A DNA stretch of 32,000 nucleotides from Methylorubrum extorquens (GCA_900234795.1 LT962688.1:2370001-2402000), one strand, 5' to 3'; counted from the first letter of the stretch, positions 15,692 to 26,561 are shown. Translations and numbers: made by a program. Notes: generated by a model from the letters alone, not told the origin.

Positions 15692-16906
15692 ATGGCGAAG
15701 ATCAAGGTGGCCAATCCGGTCGTCGAGCTCGACGGCGACGAGATGACCCGGATCATCTGGGCGGAGATCAAGAACAAGCTCATCCACCCCTACCTCGATC
15801 TCGATCTCGACTATTACGATCTCGGTGTCGAACACCGCGACGCCACAAACGATCAGGTGACGATCGATGCGGCCGAGGCGATCAAGCGCCACGGCGTCGG
15901 CGTGAAATGCGCGACCATCACGCCGGACGAGGCCCGCGTCGAGGAATTCAAGCTCAAGGAGATGTGGCGGTCGCCCAACGGCACGATCCGCAACATCCTC
16001 GGCGGCGTCATCTTCCGCGAGCCGATCATCTGCAAGAACGTGCCGCGCCTCGTGCCGGGCTGGACCCAGCCCTTCGTGATCGGCCGCCACGCCTACGGCG
16101 ACCAGTACCGCGCCACCGACTTCAAGGTGCCGGGCAAGGGCCGCCTCACGATCAAGTTCGAGGGTGACGACGGCACCGTCATCGAGAAGGAGGTGTTCAA
16201 GTTCCCCGACGCCGGCGTCGCGATGTCGATGTACAACCTCGACCAGTCGATCATCGATTTTGCCCGGGCCTCGTTCAACTACGGCCTCGCCCGTAAGTAC
16301 CCGGTCTACCTCTCGACCAAGAACACCATTCTCAAGACCTATGACGGCCGCTTCAAGGACCTGTTCCAGAAGGTGTTCGATGAGGAGTTCAAGTCGAAGT
16401 TCCTGTCGCTCGGCCTGACTTACGAGCACCGCCTGATCGACGACATGGTGGCCTCGTGCCTCAAGTGGTCGGGTGGCTACGTCTGGGCCTGCAAGAACTA
16501 CGACGGCGACGTGCAGTCCGACACCGCCGCGCAGGGCTTCGGCTCGCTCGGCCTGATGACCTCGGTGCTGATGACGCCGGACGGCCAGACCGTGGAGGCC
16601 GAGGCCGCCCACGGCACCGTGACGCGCCACTACCGCGAGCACCAAAAGGGCAAGGCGACCTCGACCAACTCGATCGCCTCGATTTTCGCCTGGACCCGCG
16701 GCCTGTCGCACCGGGCCAAGCTCGACGGCAACGCCGATCTCGCGAAGTTCGCCGCGACCCTGGAGAAGGTCTGCGTCGATACGGTCGAGGCCGGCCACAT
16801 GACGAAGGATCTCGCCCTCCTCGTCGGCCCGGACCAGAAGTGGCTCACCACTAACGGCTTCCTCGACAAGGTCGATGAGAACCTGAAGACGGCGATGGCC
16901 GTCTGA
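15692..16906 (+). CDS. icd: NADP-dependent isocitrate dehydrogenase (homodimeric, eukaryote-like type)
   Basis: 404 aa. [23 protein letters not shown]...[38 protein letters not shown]... is unmistakable IDH. GAGGGA lies 6 nt upstream of the ATG. Confidence 0.97.
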   Translation: MAKIKVANPVVELDGDEMTRIIWAEIKNKLIHPYLDLDLDYYDLGVEHRDATNDQVTIDAAEAIKRHGVGVKCATITPDEARVEEFKLKEMWRSPNGTIRNILGGVIFREPIICKNVPRLVPGWTQPFVIGRHAYGDQYRATDFKVPGKGRLTIKFEGDDGTVIEKEVFKFPDAGVAMSMYNLDQSIIDFARASFNYGLARKYPVYLSTKNTILKTYDGRFKDLFQKVFDEEFKSKFLSLGLTYEHRLIDDMVASCLKWSGGYVWACKNYDGDVQSDTAAQGFGSLGLMTSVLMTPDGQTVEAEAAHGTVTRHYREHQKGKATSTNSIASIFAWTRGLSHRAKLDGNADLAKFAATLEKVCVDTVEAGHMTKDLALLVGPDQKWLTTNGFLDKVDENLKTAMAV

Positions 16907-16919
16907 GGCAGCGTAATCG

Positions 16920-16944
16920 CCCTCCCCCGCAAAAAGGGGGAGGG
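16920..16944. terminator. Bidirectional terminator-like hairpin between convergent icd and the small basic protein gene
   Basis: CCCTCCCCC (16920-16928) / GGGGGAGGG (16936-16944) form a perfect 9-bp stem with loop GCAAAAA. An outer CTGAGGC...GCCTCAG repeat flanks it. Confidence 0.6.
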
Positions 16945-16954
16945 TCGAGAAGCC

Positions 16955-17272
16955 TCAGCCCGTCTTCTTCGCCGCATTCCGCTTGCGCGTCTCGGCCGCC
17001 TTCTTGGCCGAGGCGGAGCGCTGCTCCTTCGTGCGCGAAGCCGAGGCCGTGCCGCCGGTGCGACCGCCTTTATGCGCGGCGGGATGGTCCGTCGTCTTGC
17101 CGCGGCCCGAGCCGCCGGGCTTCTTGCCGCCGCCATCGTCCTTGTTGACTGTCGCCCAAGCGCGGGCCTCCGCTTCCTTTTCCGGAACGCCGCGGGACTC
17201 GTAGGATTCGGCGATGTGCTCCGCCTTGCGAACCTGCTTGTCGGTGTATTTCGACTTGTCACCCTGAGCCAT
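16955..17272 (-). CDS. Small basic Lys/Gly-rich protein, function unknown
   Basis: 105 aa. It has a structured N-terminal module, KYTDKQVRKAEHIAESYESRGVPEKEAEARAWATVNK, followed by a Gly/Lys/Ala-rich basic tail. It starts 27 nt after the LOV kinase stop on the same strand. Confidence 0.6.
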   Translation of the reverse strand: MAQGDKSKYTDKQVRKAEHIAESYESRGVPEKEAEARAWATVNKDDGGGKKPGGSGRGKTTDHPAAHKGGRTGGTASASRTKEQRSASAKKAAETRKRNAAKKTG

Positions 17273-17299
17273 GGTGCTCTCCCCGATCTGTCGCGCCGG

Positions 17300-18901
<1,602 letters not shown>

Positions 18902-18997
18902 GCGAACCCGCGGCGTGACAAATCGTGTGAGGCTGCCAGCACGGCCGGCGCATCCCCGAAGCAGAGCGTAAGATAGGGCTGCGGGAAGAACATAGGG

Positions 18998-19019
18998 TCC
19001 GGAGCGCCGAGGCTCCGGA
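18998..19019 (-). terminator. Second hairpin downstream of glgX / upstream of the LOV kinase
   Basis: TCCGGAGC (18998-19005) / GCTCCGGA (19012-19019) form an 8-bp stem with a 6-nt loop. On the minus strand it is followed by the T-containing stretch TATGTTCTTCC. Confidence 0.35.
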
Positions 19020-19035
19020 ACCCATCGAAATCGGC

Positions 19036-19062
19036 AGGGGCCGCTTGCGGCGAGCGGCCCCT
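19036..19062 (-). terminator. Hairpin 12 nt downstream of the glgX stop
   Basis: AGGGGCCGC (19036-19044) / GCGGCCCCT (19054-19062) form a perfect 9-bp GC stem with a 9-nt loop. On the minus strand it is followed by GCCGATTTCG, a weak U-tract. Confidence 0.45.
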
Positions 19063-19073
19063 CGCCCGTGCCA

Positions 19074-21368
19074 TCAGGCCTCCTCGTCGATGCCGAAGCT
19101 CACGCTCTCGACATTCGCCCGCTCGAAGGCCTGCATCACGTACTGGTAGGAGCGCTCCATGTCGCTGTGCTCCTCGTCCTCGTCCTCGTTCTCGACGGGC
19201 TTGAGGACGAACATAAGCATCGAGCGCCCCGTGACCGAGTAGCTCTCGCCGACGGCGAAGCTCTCCACCTCCTGGCTGTCGGGCAAGTTGGTATCGAGCA
19301 GCCGCGTCCAGGACGTGCCGCCCGGCGCCTCGGGGAGAGTGAAGTCCACCACGTCGTGATAGGCGTTGTAGAACAACAGCAGGGTGGCATCGCCGCCGCG
19401 CTTGTGGATGCCGCTCGCCTGGGCGCGCCCGTCCAGCAGCACGGCGAGGGTGCGCGAGTTGCCGTCGTTCCAGTTCTCCGGGCTCATCTCGGTGCCGGTG
19501 GGCGTGAGCCAGGTCACGTCCTTGACGCCGAACTCCTCGTCGTAGGCTCCCGTGACGAACCGTCCGCGCGAGAGCATCGGCAGGGCGTTGCGCAGCAGGA
19601 TCAGGCGCTGCGTGAACTCGGCCAGATCCCGCTCCTCCTCGCCGATGGCGCCCCAATCGACCCAACTGACCTCGTTGTCCTGGCAATAGGCGTTGTTGTT
19701 GCCCTTCTGCGTGCGGGCGAACTCGTCGCCGGCGAGCAGCATGGGCGTGCCCTTCGACAGGAACAGGGTCGCCAGCATGTTGCGCATCTGGCGCAAACGC
19801 ACGGAGCGGATCTCGGGATCGTCGGTCGGGCCCTCGACGCCGTAATTGTAGGAGAGGTTGTGGCCGTGCCCGTCGCGGTTGCCCTCCTCGTTCGCCTCGT
19901 TGTGCTTCTCGTTGTACGAAACCGTGTCGTTCAGCGTGAAGCCGTCATGCGCGGTGATGAAGTTGACCGAGGCCCAGGGCCTGCGCCCGCGCTTGTTGAA
20001 CTTGTCGGCCGAGGCGGTGATGCGCGAGGCGAGCCCCGGCAGCAGCCCGGCATCGCCCTTCCAGTAACCGCGCACGTCGTCGCGGAACCGGTCGTTCCAC
20101 TCGGCCCAGCCCGGCGGGAAGCCGCCGACCTGATAGCCGCCGGGGCCGCAATCCCACGGCTCGGCAATGAGCTTCACGTCGTTGAGGACGGGGTCCTGAC
20201 GGCAGGTGTCGAGGAAGCCGCCGCCCTCGTCGAAGCCGTAGGGCTCGCGGCCGAGAATCGTCGCCAGATCGAAGCGGAAGCCGTCGACCCGCATCTCGGT
20301 CGCCCAGTAGCGGAGCGAGTCGGTGACGAGCTGCAGCACGCGGGGATGCGAGAGGTTGAAGGTGTTCCCGGTGCCGGTGTCGTTGATGTAGTAGCGCGGC
20401 TGGTTCGGCAGCAGGCGGTAGTAGGAGGCGTTGTCGACGCCCTTGAACGAGAGGGTCGGGCCCTTCTCGTTGCCCTCGGCCGTGTGGTTGTAGACCACGT
20501 CGAGGATCACCTCGAGGCCGGCGCCGTGCATGCGCGCGACCATCTCCTTGAACTCGGAGAAGGCGAAGTCCGGCACCGCCGCGTAGCGCCGGGCGGGCGT
20601 GAAGAACGAGATGGTGTTGTAGCCCCAGTAATTGATGAGATCCTTCTGCTGCAGATAGTCGTCCTGCACGAAGGAGTGGACCGGCAGCAGCTCGACCGAG
20701 GTGACGCCGAGGCTCTTGATGTAGTCGAGCACCGCCGGGTTACCGAGGCCGGCATAGGTGCCGCGCAGCTTCTCCGGCACCGCCGGGTGCAGCTTGGTGA
20801 ACCCCTTGACGTGGGTCTCGTAGATGATCGTGCGCTCCCACGGCACGCGCGGCTTCACATCCCGGCCCCAGGTGAAGGCCGGGTCGATCACGCGCGAGCG
20901 GCGGGTATAGGGGGCGGAATCGCGCTCATCGAAGGTGAGGTCGTCGCCCGTCTCCATCTTGTAGCCGAACAGGGCGGGGTTCCACTGGATCGTGCCGACC
21001 AGACCCTTGGCGTAGGGGTCGATGAGGAGCTTGTTCGGGTTGAAGCGGTGGCCGGCCTCGGGCTCGTAGGGGCCGTGGACGCGGTAGCCGTAGATCGTGC
21101 CGGGGCGCGCGTCCGGCAGATAGCCGTGCCAGACCTCGTCGGTGTACTCAGGCAGCTCGATGCGCTCGATTTCGTTCTCGCCGGCATCGTCGAACAGGCA
21201 CAGCTCGACCTTCGTGGCATGGGCCGAGAACAGCGCGAAGTTCACGCCGCGGCCGTCCCAGGTCGCACCGCGGGGATGCGGCGAGCCTTCGCGGATACGC
21301 GTGCGCGATGTGCGGGGCCTCGGCGTCGCAGTCCTGTCGGTATCGGCCATCGATCGTCCCATTCTCAC
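19074..21368 (-). CDS. glgX: Glycogen debranching enzyme GlgX (GH13)
   Basis: The 764-aa ORF contains [17 protein letters not shown]13 blocks YNHT, GFRFDLA, EPWD and FITAHDGF. The start is uncertain: GTG 21368, ATG 21362 or ATG 21350. It has an acidic C-terminal tail of about 40 aa. Confidence 0.95.
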   Translation of the reverse strand: MRMGRSMADTDRTATPRPRTSRTRIREGSPHPRGATWDGRGVNFALFSAHATKVELCLFDDAGENEIERIELPEYTDEVWHGYLPDARPGTIYGYRVHGPYEPEAGHRFNPNKLLIDPYAKGLVGTIQWNPALFGYKMETGDDLTFDERDSAPYTRRSRVIDPAFTWGRDVKPRVPWERTIIYETHVKGFTKLHPAVPEKLRGTYAGLGNPAVLDYIKSLGVTSVELLPVHSFVQDDYLQQKDLINYWGYNTISFFTPARRYAAVPDFAFSEFKEMVARMHGAGLEVILDVVYNHTAEGNEKGPTLSFKGVDNASYYRLLPNQPRYYINDTGTGNTFNLSHPRVLQLVTDSLRYWATEMRVDGFRFDLATILGREPYGFDEGGGFLDTCRQDPVLNDVKLIAEPWDCGPGGYQVGGFPPGWAEWNDRFRDDVRGYWKGDAGLLPGLASRITASADKFNKRGRRPWASVNFITAHDGFTLNDTVSYNEKHNEANEEGNRDGHGHNLSYNYGVEGPTDDPEIRSVRLRQMRNMLATLFLSKGTPMLLAGDEFARTQKGNNNAYCQDNEVSWVDWGAIGEEERDLAEFTQRLILLRNALPMLSRGRFVTGAYDEEFGVKDVTWLTPTGTEMSPENWNDGNSRTLAVLLDGRAQASGIHKRGGDATLLLFYNAYHDVVDFTLPEAPGGTSWTRLLDTNLPDSQEVESFAVGESYSVTGRSMLMFVLKPVENEDEDEEHSDMERSYQYVMQAFERANVESVSFGIDEEA

Positions 21369-21576
21369 TTATAGCGGCCCCCGCGGGTCCAGCCGGACTC
21401 TGAACGTGCACGGAACGGCGAAGCTCCGTGTCGTCTGACGCGACGCAGCAAATTTTTGTCGATCCGCTGCGCGCCGCCGCGGATGTGGTAGGCCTTGGAC
21501 GAAACTCACGGTGAGGGTTCGCGTTGCAAGGCCCCTCATCGATCGACACGGACAGGTTCGAGGGGGACCATCACCC

Positions 21577-22377
21577 ATGATCGAAGACCCCGAACATCGG
21601 CCCGCCGGGCTTCAGGCCCTGGCCGAGCGGCACGGCGTCAGCCTGGAGGCGGTGCGCCATCTGCTGCGCGCGCTCCAGGCGGGCCAGGGCAACATGGCCC
21701 AGTTCGACCACCCCGATCTCGGCGGCTTCGGGCAGTGGTCGCGCGGCGGCATGGTGATGGTCGGGCGCATGAACGACCATGCCCTGAAGGCGCAGGTCGA
21801 TGCCCTGTGCACCGAACTCGCCACGGCTCTGCCGCTCTCCGGTTTTCGCGAGGAAGCCGCCTCCGGCAACTGGTGGCCGGACGAACTGGGGCTGCCGTCG
21901 AGCGCGGGTGCGCAGAACGCGACGCGCTACGCCTTCTTCCCCGAGCGCCGGCGCCTCGCCATCGAGACCGACGGGCGGCTCGCCCTCTACGACACCGGGG
22001 ACCGCCTCGTCACCGGCGTGAGCCAGCAGCAGGGCGGCAGCTCGTCGCTGCGCTTCAGCGGACCGCAGGGGAGCTTCTCGCTGGAGGATCTGACGCCGGT
22101 CGAGCGGGATGCGGTGGCGGCGCCCCCGGCCCCCAAACCGCCGGCGGACACGAGTTTTGCCGCGTTCGCGTCGTCATCGGTCGCCCCCGCCGCCAGCCCG
22201 ATCCCGTCGGCGCCTGCCGTAAGCCGGCAGGACGCGGCACCCTCCGGTACACCGTCGAGTGCAGGCCCGACCGACATCCTGTCGATCCTCGAACGGCTGG
22301 CCGACCTGCACAAGAAAGGCGTGCTGACCGAGGGAGAGTTCTCGGCCAAGAAGGCGGAGCTGCTGGCGCGGCTCTGA
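21577..22377 (+). CDS. SHOCT-domain protein with an uncharacterised N-terminal region
   Basis: ATG 21577 is preceded by AGGGGGA. The 266-aa protein has a C-terminal DILSILERLADLHKKGVLTEGEFSAKKAELLARL, a SHOCT-type short C-terminal domain, preceded by a Pro/Ala/Ser linker. I cannot assign the N-terminal 190 aa to a family (features: ...GNMAQFDHPDLGGFGQWSRGGMVMVGRMNDH...). Confidence 0.7.
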   Translation: MIEDPEHRPAGLQALAERHGVSLEAVRHLLRALQAGQGNMAQFDHPDLGGFGQWSRGGMVMVGRMNDHALKAQVDALCTELATALPLSGFREEAASGNWWPDELGLPSSAGAQNATRYAFFPERRRLAIETDGRLALYDTGDRLVTGVSQQQGGSSSLRFSGPQGSFSLEDLTPVERDAVAAPPAPKPPADTSFAAFASSSVAPAASPIPSAPAVSRQDAAPSGTPSSAGPTDILSILERLADLHKKGVLTEGEFSAKKAELLARL

Positions 22378-22436
22378 CAGGACGGCCTGTCGCCGCAGGC
22401 CCCGCCGGACGGCCGCGCTCGCCCTAGATCCAGGCC

Positions 22437-23501
22437 ATGGCCCCGCGCGACCTCATCGACATCGACCGCATCTTCCACGAGCCGGCGGTCGCCGATTATC
22501 CGCGCGGACGCGAGATCCTGGCCCGCTATCCGAACGCCGAGCGGATCGCTGTCCCGTCGCACTGGAACATCCCGGAGCTGCACGGCAATGCCGGCTCGGT
22601 CGAGGACTGGGTTCGGATCAAGCGATCGAGCCTGGTGCTCGGCGTGAAGAAGGGGCTCGCGATGCGGCCCAACGGCCGTTCCGCCCACTTCATCGCACCC
22701 TCGACCTCGAACGGCTGCGCGATGGCCTGCGCCTATTGCTACGTGCCACGCCGCAAGGGCTTTTCCAATCCGATCTCGCTGTTCGTGAATGTCGATGCGG
22801 TCTGCGCGGCAATTACGCGCCATGCGGCCAAGCAGGGCCCGCTGCCCGAGCCCGATCAGATCGACCCGCAAGCCTGGGTCTACGATCTCGGCGAGAACGG
22901 CGACCTCTCGGTCGATGCGATGATCTGCGACAACGTCCGCGATCTCGTCACGCAATTCCGCGGCATTGCCAACGCCAAGGGCTCGTTCGCGACCAAGGCC
23001 GTGAATCGCGATCTCCTCGCCTACGATCCGCAAGGCCGCACCCGCATCCGCTTCTCGTTGATGCCGGCGCGGATCGCGCGGGTCGTCGATGTGCGCACCG
23101 CCCCGATCCCCGAGCGGATTGCCGCGATCGACGACTTCCTGCGGGCTGGCTACGAGGTCCACGTCAATTTCTCGCCCGTGATTCTCTACGAGGGCTGGGA
23201 GGCGGATTGGGTCGCGTTGTTCGACGAGATCGACGCGTCGATCTCGAATGCCGCCAAGAATCAGCTCGCCTGCGAGATCATCATGCTGACCCACAATGCC
23301 GGGCTGCATGCGGTGAACCTCGGCTGGCACCCCAAGGCTGAGGATCTACTCTGGCGGCCGGACATCCAGGAGACCAAGCGCTCGGAAGGCGGCGGCGAAA
23401 ACCTGCGCTACCGCACCGGCTGGAAAGGGAAATGGCTCGCCCGCTTCAAGGCGCTGCTCGCCGAGCGGATGCCCTATTGCCGGGTGCGCTACGCATTCTG
23501 A
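22437..23501 (+). CDS. Spore-photoproduct-lyase-family radical SAM protein (SplB/COG1533-like)
   Basis: 354 aa. The radical SAM triad C-AMA-C-AY-C (CX3CX2C, aa 94-101, nt 22716-22739) sits in the context FIAPSTSNGCAMACAYCYVPRR. Overall length and layout resemble the SPL-like proteins of non-sporulating proteobacteria; that is recognition from memory. Confidence 0.8.
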   Translation: MAPRDLIDIDRIFHEPAVADYPRGREILARYPNAERIAVPSHWNIPELHGNAGSVEDWVRIKRSSLVLGVKKGLAMRPNGRSAHFIAPSTSNGCAMACAYCYVPRRKGFSNPISLFVNVDAVCAAITRHAAKQGPLPEPDQIDPQAWVYDLGENGDLSVDAMICDNVRDLVTQFRGIANAKGSFATKAVNRDLLAYDPQGRTRIRFSLMPARIARVVDVRTAPIPERIAAIDDFLRAGYEVHVNFSPVILYEGWEADWVALFDEIDASISNAAKNQLACEIIMLTHNAGLHAVNLGWHPKAEDLLWRPDIQETKRSEGGGENLRYRTGWKGKWLARFKALLAERMPYCRVRYAF

Positions 23502-23515
23502 GGAGAAGAAAACCG

Positions 23516-23977
23516 ATGCCGGATCACGAGAGCTATCTGCGCGAGGCGACCGAAATCGCCCTCGCCAACGTCGCCGAGGGTGGCCGACCCTACGGCGCGG
23601 TGATCGTGCGGGATGGGGAGGTGGTCGCGCGGGCGGCCAACCGCATCCATGCGACCAACGATCCGAGCGACCACGCCGAGATGGTGGCGATCCGCGCGGC
23701 GAGCCAGCAGCTCGGCCGGCCCAAGCTTGACGATTGCACCGTCTACGCCAGCGGGCGGCCCTGCCCGATGTGCCATGCGGCGATGCGGCTGGCCGGGGTC
23801 AAGCAGGGCTACTTCGCCTTCACCGCCGAGGAGGCGGAGGCCGAGGGTCTGCTCAGTGCCGGAATCTATGCCGAGTTGTGCCGGCCGCTTGAAGAGCAGC
23901 CGATGCAGGTGCGCCACCTCCCGCTTGCCGACGAGCCGAGTCCCTACCGCGCCTGGGCGGAGCGGAAAGGGCGCTGA
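23516..23977 (+). CDS. CDA-fold nucleoside/nucleobase deaminase (guanine deaminase / TadA-like)
   Basis: ATG 23516 is preceded by AGGAG (23501-23505), 14 nt after the SPL-family stop. The zinc-binding motifs are DHAEM (H53,E55) and RPCPMC (C83,C86). Length is 153 aa. Confidence 0.85.
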   Translation: MPDHESYLREATEIALANVAEGGRPYGAVIVRDGEVVARAANRIHATNDPSDHAEMVAIRAASQQLGRPKLDDCTVYASGRPCPMCHAAMRLAGVKQGYFAFTAEEAEAEGLLSAGIYAELCRPLEEQPMQVRHLPLADEPSPYRAWAERKGR

Positions 23978-23991
23978 ACGCGAGATTCAGC

Positions 23992-24036
23992 CTCACGAAC
24001 CGCCCGCTGCTTCCAGCGCGGCGGGCGCCTCGTGAG
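23992..24036. terminator. Long imperfect hairpin between the convergent deaminase and NDUFS4-like genes
   Basis: The outer arms are CTCACGA (23992-23998) / TCGTGAG (24030-24036), and the inner arms CGCCCG (24001-24006) / CGGGCG (24022-24027). It lies between the stops at 23975-23977 (+) and 24043-24045 (-). Confidence 0.45.
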
Positions 24037-24042
24037 AGACAC

Positions 24043-24354
24043 TCAGTGTGTCCAGGGCGCCGTGCGGTTGAACTTGAAATTGTCGGAGTAGGAGAGGCCC
24101 TTGCGCGCGATCGGCGGCGGCGTCTCCTCGACGCGGTAGGCGATGCCCGAAGCCTTGGCGTAGGCCACCGCCTCGTCCGAGGTGTCGAATTCGAGCCGCA
24201 CCTGCTGCAGCATGTCGGAGGAGCCGGTCCAGCCCATCAGCGGGTCGGTCTCGCGCGGTTCGGTCTGGTCGAACTCCAGCACCCACTGCTTGGTGCGGGC
24301 GAGCCCGGACTGCGTGGGATCCTTGGCGGGACGGTAGATGCGGGCGCTCGGCAT
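24043..24354 (-). CDS. ETC complex I subunit conserved-region protein (NDUFS4-like)
   Basis: 103 aa. MPSARIYRPAKDPTQSGLARTKQWVLEF...DPLMGWTGSSDMLQQVRLEFDT...A..YA...GI.Y matches the NDUFS4-like small protein common in alphaproteobacteria. Confidence 0.85.
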   Translation of the reverse strand: MPSARIYRPAKDPTQSGLARTKQWVLEFDQTEPRETDPLMGWTGSSDMLQQVRLEFDTSDEAVAYAKASGIAYRVEETPPPIARKGLSYSDNFKFNRTAPWTH

Positions 24355-24381
24355 CGGCGGCTGACGTCTCCGGGGAAGGTA

Positions 24382-24458
24382 TGGTCGGGGCGATAGGATT
24401 CGAACCTACGACCCTCTGCTCCCAAAGCAGATGCGCTACCAGACTGCGCTACACCCCG
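24382..24458 (-). tRNA. tRNA-Pro(UGG): tRNA-Pro, anticodon UGG
   Basis: The minus-strand sequence is CGGGGTG-TA-GCGC-AGTCTGGTA-GCGC-A-TCTGC-TTTGGGA-GCAGA-GGGTC-GTAGG-TTCGAAT-CCTAT-CGCCCCG-A-CCA. It folds into a full cloverleaf with a 7-bp acceptor (one G-U), T-loop TTCGAAT and an encoded CCA. The anticodon loop TT-TGG-GA gives UGG. Confidence 0.95.
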
Positions 24459-24469
24459 ACGCTGTGAGG

Positions 24470-24498
24470 GAGATACCCCCTCGGGTCCCGGCCGGCAA
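24470..24498 (-). promoter_or_regulatory. Candidate promoter for tRNA-Pro
   Basis: The minus strand reads TTGCCG (24498-24493), a 17-nt spacer, then TATCTC (24475-24470). The -10 element ends 11 nt upstream of the mature tRNA 5' end. This is a motif match only. Confidence 0.35.
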
Positions 24499-24509
24499 GG
24501 CGCTGCTCG

Positions 24510-24725
24510 TCACACGAGAATATCGAGGACGCGTTTCTCGGTCTCGATCGAGGATTTCAGCACGGCGGTGTTGATGGAAACACCGAGCGAGGCCGAGGCC
24601 AGCTCCGTGACGGCCGTGACCGGCTCGGCGGCAGATTGCGGTGAGGCGACGCGGGAGGCCGCCCCGTCGAAGCGCTGCATGGCCGCGCTGAGGCCCGCCG
24701 AACTCGTGGACACTGCCGAGACCAT
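24510..24725 (-). CDS. Small hypothetical protein (possibly a YjfB-like putative motility protein)
   Basis: 71 aa with GC3-rich codons. AGGGAGGG lies about 8 nt upstream of ATG 24725. The C-terminal ...SLGVSINTAVLKSSIETEKRVLDIL resembles the ...vavlkkald... pattern of YjfB-type proteins, but the similarity is weak. Confidence 0.4.
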   Translation of the reverse strand: MVSAVSTSSAGLSAAMQRFDGAASRVASPQSAAEPVTAVTELASASLGVSINTAVLKSSIETEKRVLDILV

Positions 24726-24983
24726 GAACCGCCCTCCCTGCGTCCCGGCAGCTCAGCACGAGAAAGGTAAAGGACGTCCTCCGCGGATTGGCGCAAGGCG
24801 AGCGCATTCCCACGAAGTGGCCACCGGTTCGTCAAAACAAGGACCGAGAGACGCTGGCCCGATACAATGGGGTCGGATACGGGCCGAAGGGGACCGGCCG
24901 CGGCTTGATCGGATCGCTCGACATTCCCACTTCGCCGCAGGCCTGAGGCATCGCCCTCGTGGGCGCGAAGACAAGGTGTCGCG

Positions 24984-25691
24984 ATGATCGACCTGCATTA
25001 CTGGCCGACCCCGAACGGTCACAAGGTGACGATGTTTCTGGAGGAGGCCGGCCTCCCCTACACGATCCACCCGGTGGATATCGGCAAGGGCGCGCAGTTC
25101 GAGCCGGCCTTCCTGAAGATCGCCCCGAACAACCGGATGCCGGCCATCGTCGATCACGAGCCGGCCGATGGCGGTGCGCCGGTCTCGCTGTTCGAGTCGG
25201 GCGCGATCCTGCTCTACCTCGCGGAGAAGACCGGGCGCTTCCTGCCCGCCGACCTGGGCGGCCGGGCCGAGACCCTGCAATGGCTGTTCTGGCAGATGGG
25301 CGGCCTCGGGCCGATGCTGGGCCAGAACCACCATTTCTCGCAATACGCGCCGGAGAAGATCCCCTACGCCATCGACCGCTACGTCAAGGAGACGAACCGG
25401 CTCTACGGCGTGCTCGACCGGCGGCTCGCCGACCGCGCCTTCGTTGCGGGCCCCGACTACACCATCGCCGACATGGCTTCCTATCCCTGGATCGTGCCGT
25501 GGGAGAAGCAGGGCCAGCGCCTCGACGACCACCCCAACCTGAAGCGCTGGTTCGAGGCGATCGCCGAGCGCCCCGCCACCAAGGCCGCCTATGCGCGGGC
25601 GGTGGAAGCCAACCCGAACCACGGCCAGCCGATGAGCGAGGACGCGAAGAAGGTGATGTTCGGCCAGACCGCGACGAACACCAAGCGCTGA
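24984..25691 (+). CDS. yfcG: Nu-class glutathione S-transferase (YfcG-like GSH-dependent disulfide reductase)
   Basis: 235 aa. MIDLHYWPTPNGHKVTMFLEEAGL..., APNNRMPAIVDH.PADGG.P..LFESGAILLYLAEKTG and LQWLFWQMGGLGPMLGQNHHF are nearly collinear with E. coli YfcG as I recall it. Confidence 0.9.
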   Translation: MIDLHYWPTPNGHKVTMFLEEAGLPYTIHPVDIGKGAQFEPAFLKIAPNNRMPAIVDHEPADGGAPVSLFESGAILLYLAEKTGRFLPADLGGRAETLQWLFWQMGGLGPMLGQNHHFSQYAPEKIPYAIDRYVKETNRLYGVLDRRLADRAFVAGPDYTIADMASYPWIVPWEKQGQRLDDHPNLKRWFEAIAERPATKAAYARAVEANPNHGQPMSEDAKKVMFGQTATNTKR

Positions 25692-25694
25692 GGC

Positions 25695-26561
25695 TTACCG
25701 CCCGCTGCGCCGGGCGGCCACCGTGGCGAGCCCAGCAAAATCCTTGTCGCCGTCGCCGTGGGCGATGGCGTCGAGGAGGTTGTCGCGCAGCACGCTGGCG
25801 AACGGCATCGGCACGTTGACCGCCTCGCCCGCGGCCAGAGCGAGGCGGACATCCTTGAGGCCGAGCCGCATGGTGAAGCCCGGCGGCTCGTAGCGGCCTT
25901 CCATAATCATCGCGCCGTAATTCTTGTAGACCGGCGAGGCGAACAGCGTGCTGGTGAGCATCTCCAGCACGTCGGCCCCGGCGATGCCGTGCCCCTCGGC
26001 GAAGGCGGCCGCCTCGCCCATCGCCTCGATGGCCGAGACCAGCATGAAGTTGCCCGCGAGCTTGACGGCGTTGGCCTTCTCCGGCTCCGCGCCGAAGCGC
26101 CAGGTCTTGCTGCCCATGGCGTCGAACAACGGCTGCACCCGCGCGATCGCCGCGTCGTCACCCGCGGCGATGATGTTCAGCGCGCCCTTTTCCGCGGCGT
26201 CCGGCCGGCCGAAGACTGGCGCAGAGACGTAAGGCACGCCCGCCCGGCCGTGGACCGCGGCCAGTTCCCGGGCGAGCGCCACCGAGATCGTGGACATGCC
26301 GACATGGACGCCGGGCCGCTGCCCGGAATCGAGCAGCCCGCCTTCGATGGTGACGGCGCGCAGGGCCGCGTCGTCGGCGAGCATGGTGATCGCGGCGTCG
26401 CCCGCAAAGGCCTCTGCGGCGTTGGCCACGGGCTCGGCGCCCTCGATCGCCCTCGCCGCCTCCGGCGACCGGTTCCACACCCGCACCCGGTGGCCCGCCG
26501 CGACGAGCCGCGCCGCCATGACCCGGCCCATGCGGCCGAGCCCGATGAAACCGACATCCAT
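25695..26561 (-). CDS. NAD(P)-dependent beta-hydroxyacid dehydrogenase family oxidoreductase (3-hydroxyisobutyrate/6-phosphogluconate DH-like)
   Basis: 288 aa. The N-terminal Rossmann motif is MDVGFIGLGRMGRVMAARL, and the family block is KLAGNFMLVSAIEAMGEA. Confidence 0.85.
   Translation of the reverse strand: MDVGFIGLGRMGRVMAARLVAAGHRVRVWNRSPEAARAIEGAEPVANAAEAFAGDAAITMLADDAALRAVTIEGGLLDSGQRPGVHVGMSTISVALARELAAVHGRAGVPYVSAPVFGRPDAAEKGALNIIAAGDDAAIARVQPLFDAMGSKTWRFGAEPEKANAVKLAGNFMLVSAIEAMGEAAAFAEGHGIAGADVLEMLTSTLFASPVYKNYGAMIMEGRYEPPGFTMRLGLKDVRLALAAGEAVNVPMPFASVLRDNLLDAIAHGDGDKDFAGLATVAARRSGR

Noticed and set aside
15608-16798. 396-aa - strand ORF over icd
   Set aside because: It is antisense to an unmistakable isocitrate dehydrogenase gene.
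19068-21374. 768-aa + strand ORF whose boundaries nearly coincide with glgX
   Set aside because: It is the exact antisense of a clearly identifiable GH13 enzyme. It has no motifs and a highly biased Val/Ala/Gly/Arg composition. The matching boundaries reflect AT-richer intergenic DNA supplying stops on both strands.
21987-23330. 447-aa - strand ORF over the SHOCT 3' end and the SPL-family gene
   Set aside because: It is an antisense shadow. The + strand carries the CX3CX2C radical-SAM motif and SHOCT domain.
24043-24458. tRNA-Pro as an attachment site for a genomic island
   Set aside because: I found no integrase, no direct repeat of the tRNA 3' end, and no GC shift. The gene downstream of the tRNA is a conserved NDUFS4-like housekeeping gene.
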